Positions 17,383-27,715 of a stretch of DNA of 49,977 bases are shown here, in pieces. Source of the DNA: Desulfobacterales bacterium (GTDB taxonomy: Bacteria; Desulfobacterota; Desulfobacteria; Desulfobacterales; SURF-7); contig JAQYVL010000037.1 in NCBI GenBank assembly GCA_030145525.1, positions 1 through 49,977 of the forward strand, in the 5' to 3' direction. The notes beneath the pieces were generated by a model. That model worked only from the letters and a program-made list of their open reading frames with translations. It ran no database searches and was not told where the DNA came from. The position numbers and the translations under genes were made by a program. Positions within the stretch are counted from its first letter, which is position 1; every line of letters begins with the position of its first letter.

Positions 17383-18201
17383 ATGAAGACTTTTTGTATC
17401 TTAGGAGACGAACGTTCTTTTCGGTCAAAATCTCCGGTTATTTTTTCTGCGGTATTGAAGAGAGTCGGGATAAGAGGCGTGTATGTTCCTTTCAAGGTTG
17501 ATAAGGGGCAAATCGGTCCTGCAATGCAGAGTCTCAGGATTCTCAACATTGATGGCGCAAATATAACAGTGCCTTATAAGGAGACAGTCATACCGCATTT
17601 GGATATTCTTTCCGAAGGGGCCAATATTATAGGGGCGGTTAATACGGTCGTAAGAAATGGAGAAACGCTTAAAGGTTATAATACAAACGCAATTGGTTTT
17701 ATGGATACTCTGGAAGAGGTTGGATTTGATGTCGCAGGCAAGACTGCAGTTGTTTTCGGAACAGGGGGGATTGCAAAAGCAGTTGTTTTTATCCTTAACT
17801 GGCTTCGGGCGGAGCCGATTCTGGTTGCCGGCAGGGATGAAAACAGTATCTCCGGAATTGTAAATAAAATTGGCGGCATACCAAAACCGCTTCAAACATT
17901 TAACGATGCTCCTGTGTCTGCAAATATTGTAGTGAATGCGACCTCTGTTTCAAGCCCTGATGAGTCGCCGGAGCTGGCGGAACTTGTTGATCGGCTTGAT
18001 ATCAGAGACTGTGAAGTTTTAATGGATGTCAATTATGGCCGGGAAGTAAATTTTTGGGAGAGTAAAGCCCGGGAAAAAGGAATCAGATTTTTGGATGGAC
18101 TTTCCGTGCTGGCTCATCAGGCAAGAAGAAGCTTTTCGCTCTGGACAAGAATTGATGTGGAGGTTGAAGAGTTCCGAAAGGCATTGGAAAAGGATCTATA
18201 A
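17383..18201 (+). CDS. aroE: Shikimate dehydrogenase-like protein (AroE family, NTN instead of NTD motif)
   Basis: NITVPYKE, GAVNTV and the GTGGIAKA Rossmann motif are present. The canonical GYNTD reads GYNTN. Confidence 0.8.
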   Translation: MKTFCILGDERSFRSKSPVIFSAVLKRVGIRGVYVPFKVDKGQIGPAMQSLRILNIDGANITVPYKETVIPHLDILSEGANIIGAVNTVVRNGETLKGYNTNAIGFMDTLEEVGFDVAGKTAVVFGTGGIAKAVVFILNWLRAEPILVAGRDENSISGIVNKIGGIPKPLQTFNDAPVSANIVVNATSVSSPDESPELAELVDRLDIRDCEVLMDVNYGREVNFWESKAREKGIRFLDGLSVLAHQARRSFSLWTRIDVEVEEFRKALEKDL

Positions 18202-18209
18202 GAGGGAAA

Positions 18210-19697
18210 ATGCGTTCAGAATTAGAAAAAGAATATCTGTTAAAAGCAATCGATGCTTCAAAAAGAATATTTTTTATTATTTCACCTGATTTTGAAATCC
18301 TTGCAACCAACAGATACACCACGGAAAAGTATGGGCCCGATATGATCGGCAAGAAGTGCTACAACCTTTTGTGTGATTGGGAGTCGCCCGGTGACAATTG
18401 CCCTGCCCTGAATGTAATTCAGGGGTTGGAACCTGTTTTACGGAAAAAAAATAATGAGGACTCTTCCGATAAATGGACCACGTGCCGTTATTCGTATCCT
18501 ATATTTTCAGGAGAAAAAATTGACGCCGTCGCCGTATTGGAGTTTGATCGACCTTCTCGGGAAGAGATAGAGGAACAATTAAGACACGCCAATGCATTTT
18601 TTAAAAATCTTATTTTGAGTTCCGTGGATGGTGTTATTGCAGCGGATAAAACAGGGAGGATTTTGATTTTCAATGATGCGGCGGTGGAAGTCAGCGGTTA
18701 CAGTGTTGAGGAAGCGCTTGGCAATCTGGATATTCGTGATTTTTATCCGGGAGATGCAGCCCGGGAGATCATGCAAAAGTTAAGAAGTGATGATTTCGGA
18801 GGTAAAGGTAAGCTTAAATCATATCAAGTGGATGTGATCAAAAAAGATAGAGAAATCATCCCGATCAGATTGAATGCAGCCATTGTTTATAAGGGTGATA
18901 AGGAGGTGGCTTCAATTGGCTTTTTTCATGATATGCGTGAAGATCTTCGCATTAAATCCGAACTTGAAAAAACTCAAAGTCAACTTCTTCAGGCAGAAAA
19001 AATGTCTTCTTTAGGCAAGCTGTCTGCGGGTGTCGCTCATCAGTTGAATAATCCGCTTGGAGGAATTACTCTTTATACCAAATTTCTTTTAGAGGATTAC
19101 GATCTGGCAGATGATGCGAAGAAGGACTTGAATCGTATTCTGCAGGAGGCTAAGAGGTGCAGCGACACGGTTAAGGAACTTTTAGAATTCGCAAGACAGA
19201 CCAGCCATATGGTAAAACCGAATGATTTAAACAAGGCGCTTTTGAGGACTATGTTTTTGCTCGAAAATCAGACGCTTTTTCAGAACATAGAAATTGAAAA
19301 AAACTTCAAGGAAAATCTGCCGCAGGTTCCGGTAGATATACAACAGATGAACCACGTGTTTATGAACATAATTTTGAATGCGGCACAGGCTATGGATGGG
19401 AAAGGAACATTGACTCTGACAACCAAATTCGCTCCGACAGGAGACAGGGTTATTGTTGAAATAGCTGATACGGGTCCAGGAATACCTGAAGATACCCTGA
19501 AACACATTTTTGAACCGTTCTTTACAACCAAGGAGGAGGGAAAGGGTACGGGACTCGGGTTGAGCATGGTTTATGGAATTATAGAAGACCATGGCGGAAA
19601 AATAACTGCTAAAAGCAAGGTTGGCAGCGGTACTACCCTGATAATTGAGCTTTCGCTAAAAACGGCTAATGAAGGGGGAAAAGAAAGTGGAGAATAA
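18210..19697 (+). CDS. PAS-domain sensor histidine kinase (cytoplasmic)
   Basis: It has a Cys-containing N-terminal sensor region ([21 protein letters not shown]), a PAS domain, an H-box ([15 protein letters not shown]) and an HATPase domain ([16 protein letters not shown]). Confidence 0.9.
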   Translation: MRSELEKEYLLKAIDASKRIFFIISPDFEILATNRYTTEKYGPDMIGKKCYNLLCDWESPGDNCPALNVIQGLEPVLRKKNNEDSSDKWTTCRYSYPIFSGEKIDAVAVLEFDRPSREEIEEQLRHANAFFKNLILSSVDGVIAADKTGRILIFNDAAVEVSGYSVEEALGNLDIRDFYPGDAAREIMQKLRSDDFGGKGKLKSYQVDVIKKDREIIPIRLNAAIVYKGDKEVASIGFFHDMREDLRIKSELEKTQSQLLQAEKMSSLGKLSAGVAHQLNNPLGGITLYTKFLLEDYDLADDAKKDLNRILQEAKRCSDTVKELLEFARQTSHMVKPNDLNKALLRTMFLLENQTLFQNIEIEKNFKENLPQVPVDIQQMNHVFMNIILNAAQAMDGKGTLTLTTKFAPTGDRVIVEIADTGPGIPEDTLKHIFEPFFTTKEEGKGTGLGLSMVYGIIEDHGGKITAKSKVGSGTTLIIELSLKTANEGGKESGE

Positions 19698-21174
19698 ACT
19701 TGACACCGGAAGAGTTCTCGTTATCGACGATGAACAGGTATTGAGAGATGGTGCGGAACGGATACTTATCCGAATGAATTTTCAGGTGTTCAAAGCTTCA
19801 CGAGGGGATGAGGGATTAAAAATTCTGGAAAAAGAACCTGTTTCAATCGTCCTTTTGGATATGAAAATGCCCGGCATGGACGGAATGGAGGTTCTGAAAC
19901 GTATCAAGGAGATGGAAAGAGGCATTCTTGTGATTGTAATCACCGGTTTTGCCACTGTTGAAACAGCGATTGAAGCCATGAAACGAGGGGCTTATGATTT
20001 CATTCCAAAACCTTATGAGCCGGATCAACTGCGGATTGTTGTAAACCGTGCTCGTGAGAAAATGCAGCTGCAGCAGGAAACCGAAAAACTTGAAAAAGAA
20101 CGGAGGCGTACCCTTGCAGATCTGCATACATCGCAAAGCCGGGTTTATACGATTATCGAGTCGTTGCCGAATGGTGTGCTGGTAACCGATACAAATGGAA
20201 AGGTAGTTCTTTTAAATCCGGCTTTCCGTCAGCATCTTGGGATTGCAAGGGATATGGAGCCGGGAGGAGAGCTTGCATCGTATATAGATGATGAAAATCT
20301 CTGTAAGCTTATTATCGATATTTCACGCGGGAAATACGTGGATTTTGATGATATTCCAAATTATGAGCTGAATCTTGCCGGCGGAAAGTTCCTATTGGCA
20401 AGAGCAAGACCTGTTCTGGGGGAGAAAAGGGAATGCCTGGGGGCCGTGACAAATATCATGGATGTTTCCGCAATGAAGGCGCTGGATCAGTTGAGATCCG
20501 AGTTTGTTGCGAAAGTCTCCCATGAGCTGCGTTCGCCTCTTTCTACGATCCACGAACAACTCGCAATGGTTTTGAACGATATGGCCGAAGGGGCATCAGA
20601 GAATGAACAGCATATCATTTCCCGTGCAAAGGAAAAAACAAAGGGGCTTATCTCTTCAATAGGTGATTTGCTCGACCTGTCTCGAATAGAAGCGGGGATT
20701 GTATCAAAGGAATCAAAACCGGTTCAGGTGGGAGAACTTTTGAAAAGCATAGTTGACTTTCTTGGTGCGAGAGCAACCGCAAAAAAGCAGACACTTGAAC
20801 TTGAAATAAGCGGCGAGCCCCTTCCTACGATTTATGCTGATCCAATGGCTCTTGAAAGTGTATACGGAAATCTGATAACAAATGCAACAAACTACACACA
20901 GGAAGGCGGTGAAATTAAAGTTATTGCTGACAAGGCCGGGGCAAATTTGAGAGTTGTCGTGAAGGACAACGGTTATGGTATTGATGCAAAATATATGGGA
21001 AAGATATTTGAGAAATTTTATCGGGTCAAAAATGAAAAAACAAGATTCATAACCGGTACAGGCCTTGGATTGCCCATCGTAAAAGGTATTGTTGATTCGC
21101 TGGGAGGCTATATAGATGTGGAAAGTGAAACAGGAAAAGGAACGTCCTTTACCGTCCTGTTACCGATAAAATAA
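19669..21174 (+). CDS. Hybrid receiver-PAS-histidine kinase
   Basis: It has an N-terminal receiver (VLVIDDEQ...LLDMKMPGMDG), a PAS domain, a HisKA domain (FVAKVSHELRSPLSTI) and an HATPase domain (DNGYGI, GTGLGLPIV). The start is uncertain: the ORF overlaps the upstream gene by 29 nt, and a GTG near 19686 is possible. Confidence 0.88.
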   Translation: MKGEKKVENKLDTGRVLVIDDEQVLRDGAERILIRMNFQVFKASRGDEGLKILEKEPVSIVLLDMKMPGMDGMEVLKRIKEMERGILVIVITGFATVETAIEAMKRGAYDFIPKPYEPDQLRIVVNRAREKMQLQQETEKLEKERRRTLADLHTSQSRVYTIIESLPNGVLVTDTNGKVVLLNPAFRQHLGIARDMEPGGELASYIDDENLCKLIIDISRGKYVDFDDIPNYELNLAGGKFLLARARPVLGEKRECLGAVTNIMDVSAMKALDQLRSEFVAKVSHELRSPLSTIHEQLAMVLNDMAEGASENEQHIISRAKEKTKGLISSIGDLLDLSRIEAGIVSKESKPVQVGELLKSIVDFLGARATAKKQTLELEISGEPLPTIYADPMALESVYGNLITNATNYTQEGGEIKVIADKAGANLRVVVKDNGYGIDAKYMGKIFEKFYRVKNEKTRFITGTGLGLPIVKGIVDSLGGYIDVESETGKGTSFTVLLPIK

Positions 21175-21308
21175 TGTTGGACAATCAATTGTTGTTTATG
21201 TAAATAGTTTTTTTATTCCTTGGTTAAAAAAAGTTTTATCCGTTTGTTTTCGTTTAAATGGAGCAAATAAATACCTGTTAGTTGAAATTACAGTCCTGGA
21301 GGGAATGC

Positions 21309-22889
21309 ATGAAAGTTTTAGTGAGTGATAATCTTGGCGAAGTTGGTATTAAAATGTTCGAAGATGAAGAGAATATTGAGGTTGATGTTAAAACAGGGCT
21401 TTCACCCGAAGAGCTGAAAGCAATTATAGGTGAATATGATGCCCTTGCGATAAGAAGTGCAACCAAAGTAACAGCAGAGCTGCTTGGCGAAGCAAAAAAC
21501 TTAAAGGTCGTCGGCCGTGCCGGTATTGGTCTTGATAATGTTGATATACCTGAGGCTACAAAGCAGGGTGTGGTTGTAATGAATACGCCCGGTGGTAATG
21601 TTGTTACAACTGCTGAACATGCAATTTCAATGATGATGGCCCTTACCCGTAATATCCCGCAGGGGACAGCGTCATTGAAGGAGAACCGCTGGGATAAGAA
21701 AAAACTGCAGGGGAGAGAGATTTATAATAAAGTGCTGGGTGTTGTTGGCTTCGGCAATATCGGAGCAATTGTTGCCGATCGTGCAAGAGGCCTTAAAATG
21801 CGTGTTGCAGTATATGATCCGAATGTTACTGCTGAAAGGATTGAAAAAGCGGGTCATGAATATGTCAGCCTTGAGGAACTTTATGCAATAGCCGACTATA
21901 TAACGATCCATGTGCCTAAAATGAAAAGTACAATCGGGCTTCTGAACAAAAGCGCCTTTAAACAAATGAAGGATGGTGTAATGATTATCAACTGTGCACG
22001 GGGTGGTATAGTTGATGAGGCAGATCTTTATGAAGCGATTACATCCGGAAAAGTCGCAGGTGCGGCACTGGATGTTTTTGAAACAGAGCCTCCCGATGAC
22101 TCTCCGCTTTTTAAGCTTGACTCTGTGATCGGAACACCTCATCTGGGGGCATCCACCAAGGAGGCCCAGACCAATGTGGCTGTTGCCGTGGCGGAGCAGA
22201 TCATCGCTTATCTTAAACATGATACAGTCATAAATGCAGTCAATGCTCCGTCCATAACCGGCGAGCTTTTAAAAAAACTCGGACCCTATTTGTCACTTGC
22301 CGACCGGATAGGCTGCCTGCAGAGCCAGCTGATATGTGGACCGGTAAAGGAAGTTGTCATAGAGTATATTGGAGATTTTCAGGATTTAGATCTTTCTCCG
22401 GTTACAACAGCTCTTTTGAACGGACTGCTGACGATGATGGTAAAGGATGAAGTTAATTCGGTTAATGCTCCGATAATTGCAAAAAATATGGGGATAAAGG
22501 TCACGGAAACCACTATTGGTGAATCTCTTGATTATTCAAGTCTGATATCTGTGAAGTTGATTACAACAGAGATGACAAATATCGTTTCGGGAACCATCTT
22601 CGGGAAAAATGATCCCAGAATTGTCAAGATAAACAGTTTCCGTTTGGAAATGATTCCAAAAGGACATCTTGCCCTCATTCACAACGTAGATAAGCCGGGA
22701 GCAATTGGCAGTATTGGTACGGTTCTGGGTGAAAATGAACTGAATGTCGAAATCATGCAGGTCGGTCAGGAAGAGGATGGTGAGCGAAATATTATCTTCT
22801 TAAGAACCGACATCTCAATACCCGAGCCGGTTTTAAAAAAACTCGAGGCTCTGCCCATGGTTAAATCAGTTATTCCGTTGGAACTTTAA
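21309..22889 (+). CDS. serA: D-3-phosphoglycerate dehydrogenase with C-terminal ACT domain
   Basis: MKVLVSDNL..., GFGNIGAIVA, HLGASTKEAQ and a C-terminal ACT-like region are present. GGAGGG lies 6 nt upstream of the ATG at 21309. Confidence 0.92.
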   Translation: MKVLVSDNLGEVGIKMFEDEENIEVDVKTGLSPEELKAIIGEYDALAIRSATKVTAELLGEAKNLKVVGRAGIGLDNVDIPEATKQGVVVMNTPGGNVVTTAEHAISMMMALTRNIPQGTASLKENRWDKKKLQGREIYNKVLGVVGFGNIGAIVADRARGLKMRVAVYDPNVTAERIEKAGHEYVSLEELYAIADYITIHVPKMKSTIGLLNKSAFKQMKDGVMIINCARGGIVDEADLYEAITSGKVAGAALDVFETEPPDDSPLFKLDSVIGTPHLGASTKEAQTNVAVAVAEQIIAYLKHDTVINAVNAPSITGELLKKLGPYLSLADRIGCLQSQLICGPVKEVVIEYIGDFQDLDLSPVTTALLNGLLTMMVKDEVNSVNAPIIAKNMGIKVTETTIGESLDYSSLISVKLITTEMTNIVSGTIFGKNDPRIVKINSFRLEMIPKGHLALIHNVDKPGAIGSIGTVLGENELNVEIMQVGQEEDGERNIIFLRTDISIPEPVLKKLEALPMVKSVIPLEL

Positions 22890-22980
22890 AATGGAGGTTA
22901 TCCGGGCGTTGGTTGTCCGAATGATTTTTTTGGCAGGTATTTTTCCAACCGCCAAACAATATAAAATCGGGAGATGAGTC

Positions 22981-23394
22981 ATGACGGAAGAAAAAAAAGA
23001 TTTTGTTGTCAAGGACAAAAGAATTTTTTCCGAAGAGAATAAAACTAATGAAGACAAGGAAAAGAGCGCAGAAGATTCGACTGGTTCGGAAAGCAATGGA
23101 GAATCAGAAAAATCACCCTCAGAGAGAAAATCAGATCAGAACCAGCAGCTTCCGGAGATCAAATTTTCAACTTTTATTTTTTCTCTTAATTCATCGGCTC
23201 TTTTCCATCTCGGCCTGGTACCGGATCCAACCACCGGCAAAAATGAGAAGAATTTTTTACTGGCAAAACAAACCATCGATATTATAGGGATGCTCGATGA
23301 AAAAACTCGAGGCAATCTCACAGATGATGAAGAAAAACTTCTCAGAAATGTGCTGCATGATCTCAGACTCATGTATGTCAAGGAGAAAGGATGA
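22981..23394 (+). CDS. Small acidic protein, DUF1844-like
   Basis: The protein has a low-complexity acidic N-terminus. This is followed by FSTFIFSLNSSALFHLG...LAKQTIDIIGMLDEKTRGNLTDDEEKLL, a pattern I recall from DUF1844 (recognised from memory, not searched). Confidence 0.6.
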   Translation: MTEEKKDFVVKDKRIFSEENKTNEDKEKSAEDSTGSESNGESEKSPSERKSDQNQQLPEIKFSTFIFSLNSSALFHLGLVPDPTTGKNEKNFLLAKQTIDIIGMLDEKTRGNLTDDEEKLLRNVLHDLRLMYVKEKG

Positions 23395-24824
23395 TGTTTG
23401 AGACAATCGCAAAGCGTCATTTGTGTTTTCTGTTTATCATGTCAGTTCTCCTGCATTTTAGTGAAGCAGGGGCAAGGGAGGCGCCGGAAGATAACGTCAT
23501 CCTGCCGGGAAGTTTCAGCCATCTTGCGGAATCCGTCAGCCCGGCAGTGGTTAATATCAGAACCGAAAAGATTACAAAAGGCGGCGGTCGGGTATTCCGC
23601 CATTTCCCCAGACGTCCATTCGGCCATGATGATCCTTTTAATGATTTTTTTGAGAGATTTTTTGGAGATGACCCTAAGCGGGAGCACAAGCAGAGGAGCC
23701 TTGGCTCAGGTTTTATAATTGATCAGGATGGACATATCGTCACAAACAGTCATGTTATTGAAAATGCTGATAAAATTAAAGTAATACTAAAAGATGGTAA
23801 GGAATTTGAAGCCAAGGTGGTCGGTCTTGATTCAAAGACGGACATTGCCCTTATAAAGGTTGATCAGAAACAGAATTTGCCTTCTGTGAAGTTTGGAGAT
23901 TCTGAAAGTCTCATGGTCGGTCAATGGGTTGTCGCCATTGGAAGTCCATTCGGTCTTGAGCAGACTGTAACAGCCGGTATTGTAAGCGCAAAAGGGCGTG
24001 TAATCGGCTCCGGTCCGTATGACGATTTTATCCAGACTGACGCATCTATTAACCCGGGCAATAGCGGCGGCCCTCTACTGAATATGGATGGTGAGGTGAT
24101 CGGGATTAACACGGCTATTATAGCAAGTGGCCAGGGAATCGGCTTTGCCATTCCGATTAATCTCGCAAGGGGTATCATAGCTCAGCTTAAAGATCATGGG
24201 TCGGTGATACGCGGCTTTTTAGGTGTATCGATTCAGAATTTAAGCAAGGATCTTGCTGAGTATTATAATATCCAGGATGGGAGAGGCGTTTTTGTCGTCG
24301 AGGTCGTTCCAGGAGGCCCTGCAGATAATGCAGGCATTGCTGCAAAAGACATAATTCTGGAGGTGAACGGCAAGAAATTGGAAACCAGTCGCGCATTGTC
24401 TGGTTTGGTTGCGGATACTGCAGTTGGTAAGACAATTGAAATGAAGCTGCTTCGCGATGGAGAGAATAAAATAATCAAGGTCGAGATTGGAAGGATGGAG
24501 GATGAGAAAATTCAGTCCGGTCTGCCTTCAGAGCAGAGAGAAGAAGATCTTGGATTAGAACTCACTGAACTTACGGATGATATCGCTAAAGAATATAATT
24601 TGACTGAAACAACGGGTGTGATTGTCGTAGATGCGGAGCCTGACAGTAAAGGTGAAGAAGCGGGAATTTTACATGGTGATGTTATAAAGGAGATCAATCA
24701 CAATCCCGTAAAAAATTTGAAAGGCTTTAAAAAAATTCTTGAGGAAATGAAAAGCGGAGAATTGATTCAGATATTTATAAAGCGGAAAAATGTGGGATTT
24801 CTGGTTTTCAGAATTACGAAATAG
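23391..24824 (+). CDS. degP: Periplasmic serine endoprotease DegP/HtrA (two PDZ domains)
   Basis: It has a signal peptide, catalytic H/D/S motifs (TNSHV, DIALIKV, GNSGGPLLN) and two PDZ-like segments. Confidence 0.92.
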   Translation: MMFETIAKRHLCFLFIMSVLLHFSEAGAREAPEDNVILPGSFSHLAESVSPAVVNIRTEKITKGGGRVFRHFPRRPFGHDDPFNDFFERFFGDDPKREHKQRSLGSGFIIDQDGHIVTNSHVIENADKIKVILKDGKEFEAKVVGLDSKTDIALIKVDQKQNLPSVKFGDSESLMVGQWVVAIGSPFGLEQTVTAGIVSAKGRVIGSGPYDDFIQTDASINPGNSGGPLLNMDGEVIGINTAIIASGQGIGFAIPINLARGIIAQLKDHGSVIRGFLGVSIQNLSKDLAEYYNIQDGRGVFVVEVVPGGPADNAGIAAKDIILEVNGKKLETSRALSGLVADTAVGKTIEMKLLRDGENKIIKVEIGRMEDEKIQSGLPSEQREEDLGLELTELTDDIAKEYNLTETTGVIVVDAEPDSKGEEAGILHGDVIKEINHNPVKNLKGFKKILEEMKSGELIQIFIKRKNVGFLVFRITK

Positions 24825-24870
24825 TTACAGCCCCGGAAAGCGTTGCAGAATAAAATACGTATTTTCAAAA

Positions 24871-25730
24871 ATGCAGATAAATAAACCTCATGTTAGGGCT
24901 TTATCCCCTGCAAAAATAAATCTTTTTTTAAAGGTGACAGGCAAAAGACCCGATGGATACCACAATCTCCATACCCTCATGTGTGGAATTACGCTTTTTG
25001 ATAATCTTTTGTTTGAATTTGACGAATCGAATATCCGTGTGTGTTGCTCTCATCCTGAAGTGCCCGAGAACAATTCCAATCTGGTGTGGAGAGCCGCAGA
25101 TATTTTTTTAAGAAACATGGACAGAATCTGCGGCATAAAAATCACTATTGAAAAAAGATACCGGTTGGCGCGGGCTTAGGTGGCGGGAGCAGCAACGCTG
25201 CAACAGTGCTGAAAGTTCTTAATAAATATTTCGGTTTAAAATTTTCAGATGATAAACTCAGGGATATAAGCCTTGAGATCGGTGCAGATGTCCCCTTTTT
25301 TATCAGTGGCAGACCAGCTGTTGCGGAGGGGGTCGGAGAGAAGCTTCAAATAGTTGATCAGTTGAAGCCTTTTCATGTCTTATTGGTCAATCCCGGGTTC
25401 AGTGTTTCAACAGCAAAGGTTTATAAAAACCTTAATTTAGGATTGACAAAATGTGAAAAAAAAATTACAAAGACTCTTTTTAACGGTATATCAGTTGATA
25501 TCCCTGAAATTTTATGTAACGACCTTGAAACCGTTACGGCAAAAATGTTCCCTGACATTGAGAGGGCTAAAGCGCAACTGATTCAGGCAGGTGCCGAAGG
25601 GGCGCTGATGTCCGGCAGCGGGCCGACTGTGTTCGGCCTTTTTTCTGATGCGGATCAGGCTAAAAAAGCATATGGGGGGCTCGGACAGTTCAGTGAGAAA
25701 AATAAATTTTTGGCGGAGCTGATCGTTTGA
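24871..25730 (+). pseudogene. ispE: 4-diphosphocytidyl-2-C-methyl-D-erythritol kinase, interrupted by a 1-nt frameshift in the A6 run at 25151..25156 (possibly a sequencing artefact)
   Basis: The N-terminal part (LSPAKINLFLKVTGKRPDGYH) lies in frame 1 and stops at 25179. The GHMP motif IPVGAGLGGGSSNAA is read only after shifting frame inside GAAAAAAG. Adding one A restores ...ITIEKKIPVGAGLGGG. Confidence 0.85.
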
Positions 25731-25844
25731 CAAAAAAATTGTACTTGTTTCAAATTGGCGCAAAATAAACGCCAGTTTGTTTTGGATATCGCTGACAGGT
25801 CGGCTGCTCCGGTTTTCAGGCTGTCAGCCTGGCAAAAGGTATTA

Positions 25845-25920
25845 TGGGGCGTCGTCAAGTGGTAAAGACACAGGATTTTGATTCCTGCATTCGGAGGTTC
25901 GAATCCTCCCGCCCCAGCCA
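25845..25920 (+). tRNA. tRNA-Gln (anticodon UUG)
   Basis: A cloverleaf is readable by eye. The acceptor stem is UGGGGCG/CGCCCCA, the anticodon stem is CAGGA/UCCUG with loop UUUUGAU, and the T-arm is GGAGG-UUCGAAU-CCUCC. The discriminator is G, CCA is encoded, and the sequence closely resembles E. coli tRNA-Gln. Confidence 0.93.
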
Positions 25921-25965
25921 GATCCGTAAATGGCAAGTCTGAAACGATATAAACTTGGAGAAGAG

Positions 25966-26916
25966 ATGGATAATTCGACAAACGGGCTTTTTATTTTTAC
26001 GGGAAATTCAAATCCGATTCTGACAAAAAGGATATGTGAATACCTTGATATGCCCTTAGGCGGTGCCAAGGTTAAAACCTTTAGTGATGGCGAGATACAG
26101 ATTGAAATTGATGAAAATGTTCGTGGTAAGGATGTTTTTGTTGTCCAGTCGACCTGTCGCCCTGTAAATCACAGTCTTGTTGAACTTCTTCTTATGCTGG
26201 ATGCTCTGAAACGTTCCTCAGCTCAAAGAATAACAGCTGTGCTGCCGTATTTTGGGTATGCGAGACAAGATAAAAAGGTCGCACCGAGGGTTCCAATCAG
26301 TGCAAAGATGGTGGCGGATCTTCTGGAAGTTGCAGGCGCTCATCGGATTATTACAATGGACCTTCATGCCAGTCAGATACAGGGCTTTTTTAATATGCCG
26401 GTCGACAACCTGTTTGCCGCTCCGGTTATTCTGGAATATATAAAGAAAAGTTTTGGTGAAAAAGCGGTTATTGTTTCACCTGATGCCGGAGGAGCTGAAA
26501 GAGCGAGAGCCTTTGCGAAGAGGATAAACGCGGGCCTGGTCATTGTGGATAAGCGAAGGGATGTTCCTAATCAGGCAAAGGCTATGGCGGTGATAGGTGA
26601 TGTAAAGGATAAAATAGCCATTATTCTTGATGATATGGTAGATACTGCCGGCACTCTTACCGAGGCTGCCGGTGCAATCAAGGCAGAAGGTGCATTGGAA
26701 GTTCACGCTTGCTGCTCTCATCCAGTGCTTTCCGGTCCTGCTGTCGGCAGGATCATCAATTCCGAATTGAAAAGCCTCGTGGTGACAGACACGATTCCAT
26801 TAAGCAGTGAGGCACTGGCCTGTGACAAGATTAAGACGCTATCGATTGCAAAACTTGTTGGAGAGGCAATTATAAGGAGTCACCTTGGGGACTCTGTCAC
26901 ATCACTTTTTGTATAA
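25966..26916 (+). CDS. prs: Ribose-phosphate pyrophosphokinase
   Basis: FSDGEI, the [10 protein letters not shown] flexible loop, DLHA and the PRPP-binding loop [11 protein letters not shown] are present. The ATG at 25966 (GGAGAAG RBS) is preferred because the ORF-track start abuts the tRNA. Confidence 0.93.
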   Translation: MDNSTNGLFIFTGNSNPILTKRICEYLDMPLGGAKVKTFSDGEIQIEIDENVRGKDVFVVQSTCRPVNHSLVELLLMLDALKRSSAQRITAVLPYFGYARQDKKVAPRVPISAKMVADLLEVAGAHRIITMDLHASQIQGFFNMPVDNLFAAPVILEYIKKSFGEKAVIVSPDAGGAERARAFAKRINAGLVIVDKRRDVPNQAKAMAVIGDVKDKIAIILDDMVDTAGTLTEAAGAIKAEGALEVHACCSHPVLSGPAVGRIINSELKSLVVTDTIPLSSEALACDKIKTLSIAKLVGEAIIRSHLGDSVTSLFV

Positions 26917-26949
26917 AATGAAATATTCAGCCTTGTAAGGAGGATAACT

Positions 26950-27612
26950 TTGGAAATACTTGAACTAAAAGCAGAAAAAAGACAAAGCACAGGGAAAGGG
27001 GAGTCACGTTCTCTACGGCGGGAAGGTAAAATCCCGGCCGTGCTTTATGGTCCGGATACACAACCGGTATACTTTTCCATCAATGAACATGAATTTATAA
27101 CACTTCTGAAAAATGCCCAATCGAGTCAGCAGCTCATAAAGATTGATACCGGTGATGGAGAGCAGCAGGCAGCTATGATTAAGGAATTGCAGACAAAGCC
27201 GGTTACAGAGGAAATCTTACATATTGATTTTTATAAAGTCGACATGAATAGAAAGATCAGGGTTCGTGTGCCGATAATTGTAAAAGGGAAATCAATAGGC
27301 GTTGAACTGGGAGGGCTTCTGCAGATCGTCAGACGTAAACTGGAGGTTCTGTGCCTTCCGCTTGAGATTCCTGAATCCATTGAGATCGATATTACCGATC
27401 TCAATGTTGGCGATTCCGTTCATGTGGAAGATATTTCTTTGCAGGATGATATTGAAATTCAGGCAGACGTTAATTTTACGGTTATCACCGTGCTGGCTCC
27501 CAAGAAGGAGGAAGTTGTCGAAGAAGAAGAGGAAGAGGAAGAAGGGCTTGAAGAAGAGGGTGCTGAGGAAGAATCCTCTGAAGATGAGTCCGCCGATGAA
27601 GAAAAGAAATGA
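26950..27612 (+). CDS. rplY: Ribosomal protein L25 / general stress protein Ctc with acidic C-terminal tail
   Basis: The Ctc pattern is present (RREGKIPAVLYG..., HIDFYKV). It lies in the conserved prs-ctc-pth context. It uses a TTG start after AAGGAGGA. Confidence 0.88.
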   Translation: MEILELKAEKRQSTGKGESRSLRREGKIPAVLYGPDTQPVYFSINEHEFITLLKNAQSSQQLIKIDTGDGEQQAAMIKELQTKPVTEEILHIDFYKVDMNRKIRVRVPIIVKGKSIGVELGGLLQIVRRKLEVLCLPLEIPESIEIDITDLNVGDSVHVEDISLQDDIEIQADVNFTVITVLAPKKEEVVEEEEEEEEGLEEEGAEEESSEDESADEEKK

Positions 27613-27715
27613 TCTGTTGAATTGGATTATAAAGCCAATATTCTGCGAGAGGCGGCCCGTTAAGTTGCCAGTTATAAGCTTTCGGATTGTTTATAACTTC
27701 AGGGCATAGACACAT

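Noticed and set aside
17152-17549. 72-aa and 80-aa minus-strand ORFs in and around the CheY-aroE intergenic region
   Set aside because: They have no RBS or motifs, and one overlaps the aroE start. The CCCGGAAT-TG-ATTCCGGG palindrome there has too small a loop and no U-tract to call it a terminator.
27302-27709. 135-aa alternative-frame ORF and the GAA/GAG-rich tract at about 27500..27600, considered as a possible tandem repeat or CRISPR-like array
   Set aside because: The tract is the acidic Glu-rich C-terminal tail of L25/Ctc in the correct frame. It has no spacer-repeat periodicity, and the alternative-frame ORF is a by-product.
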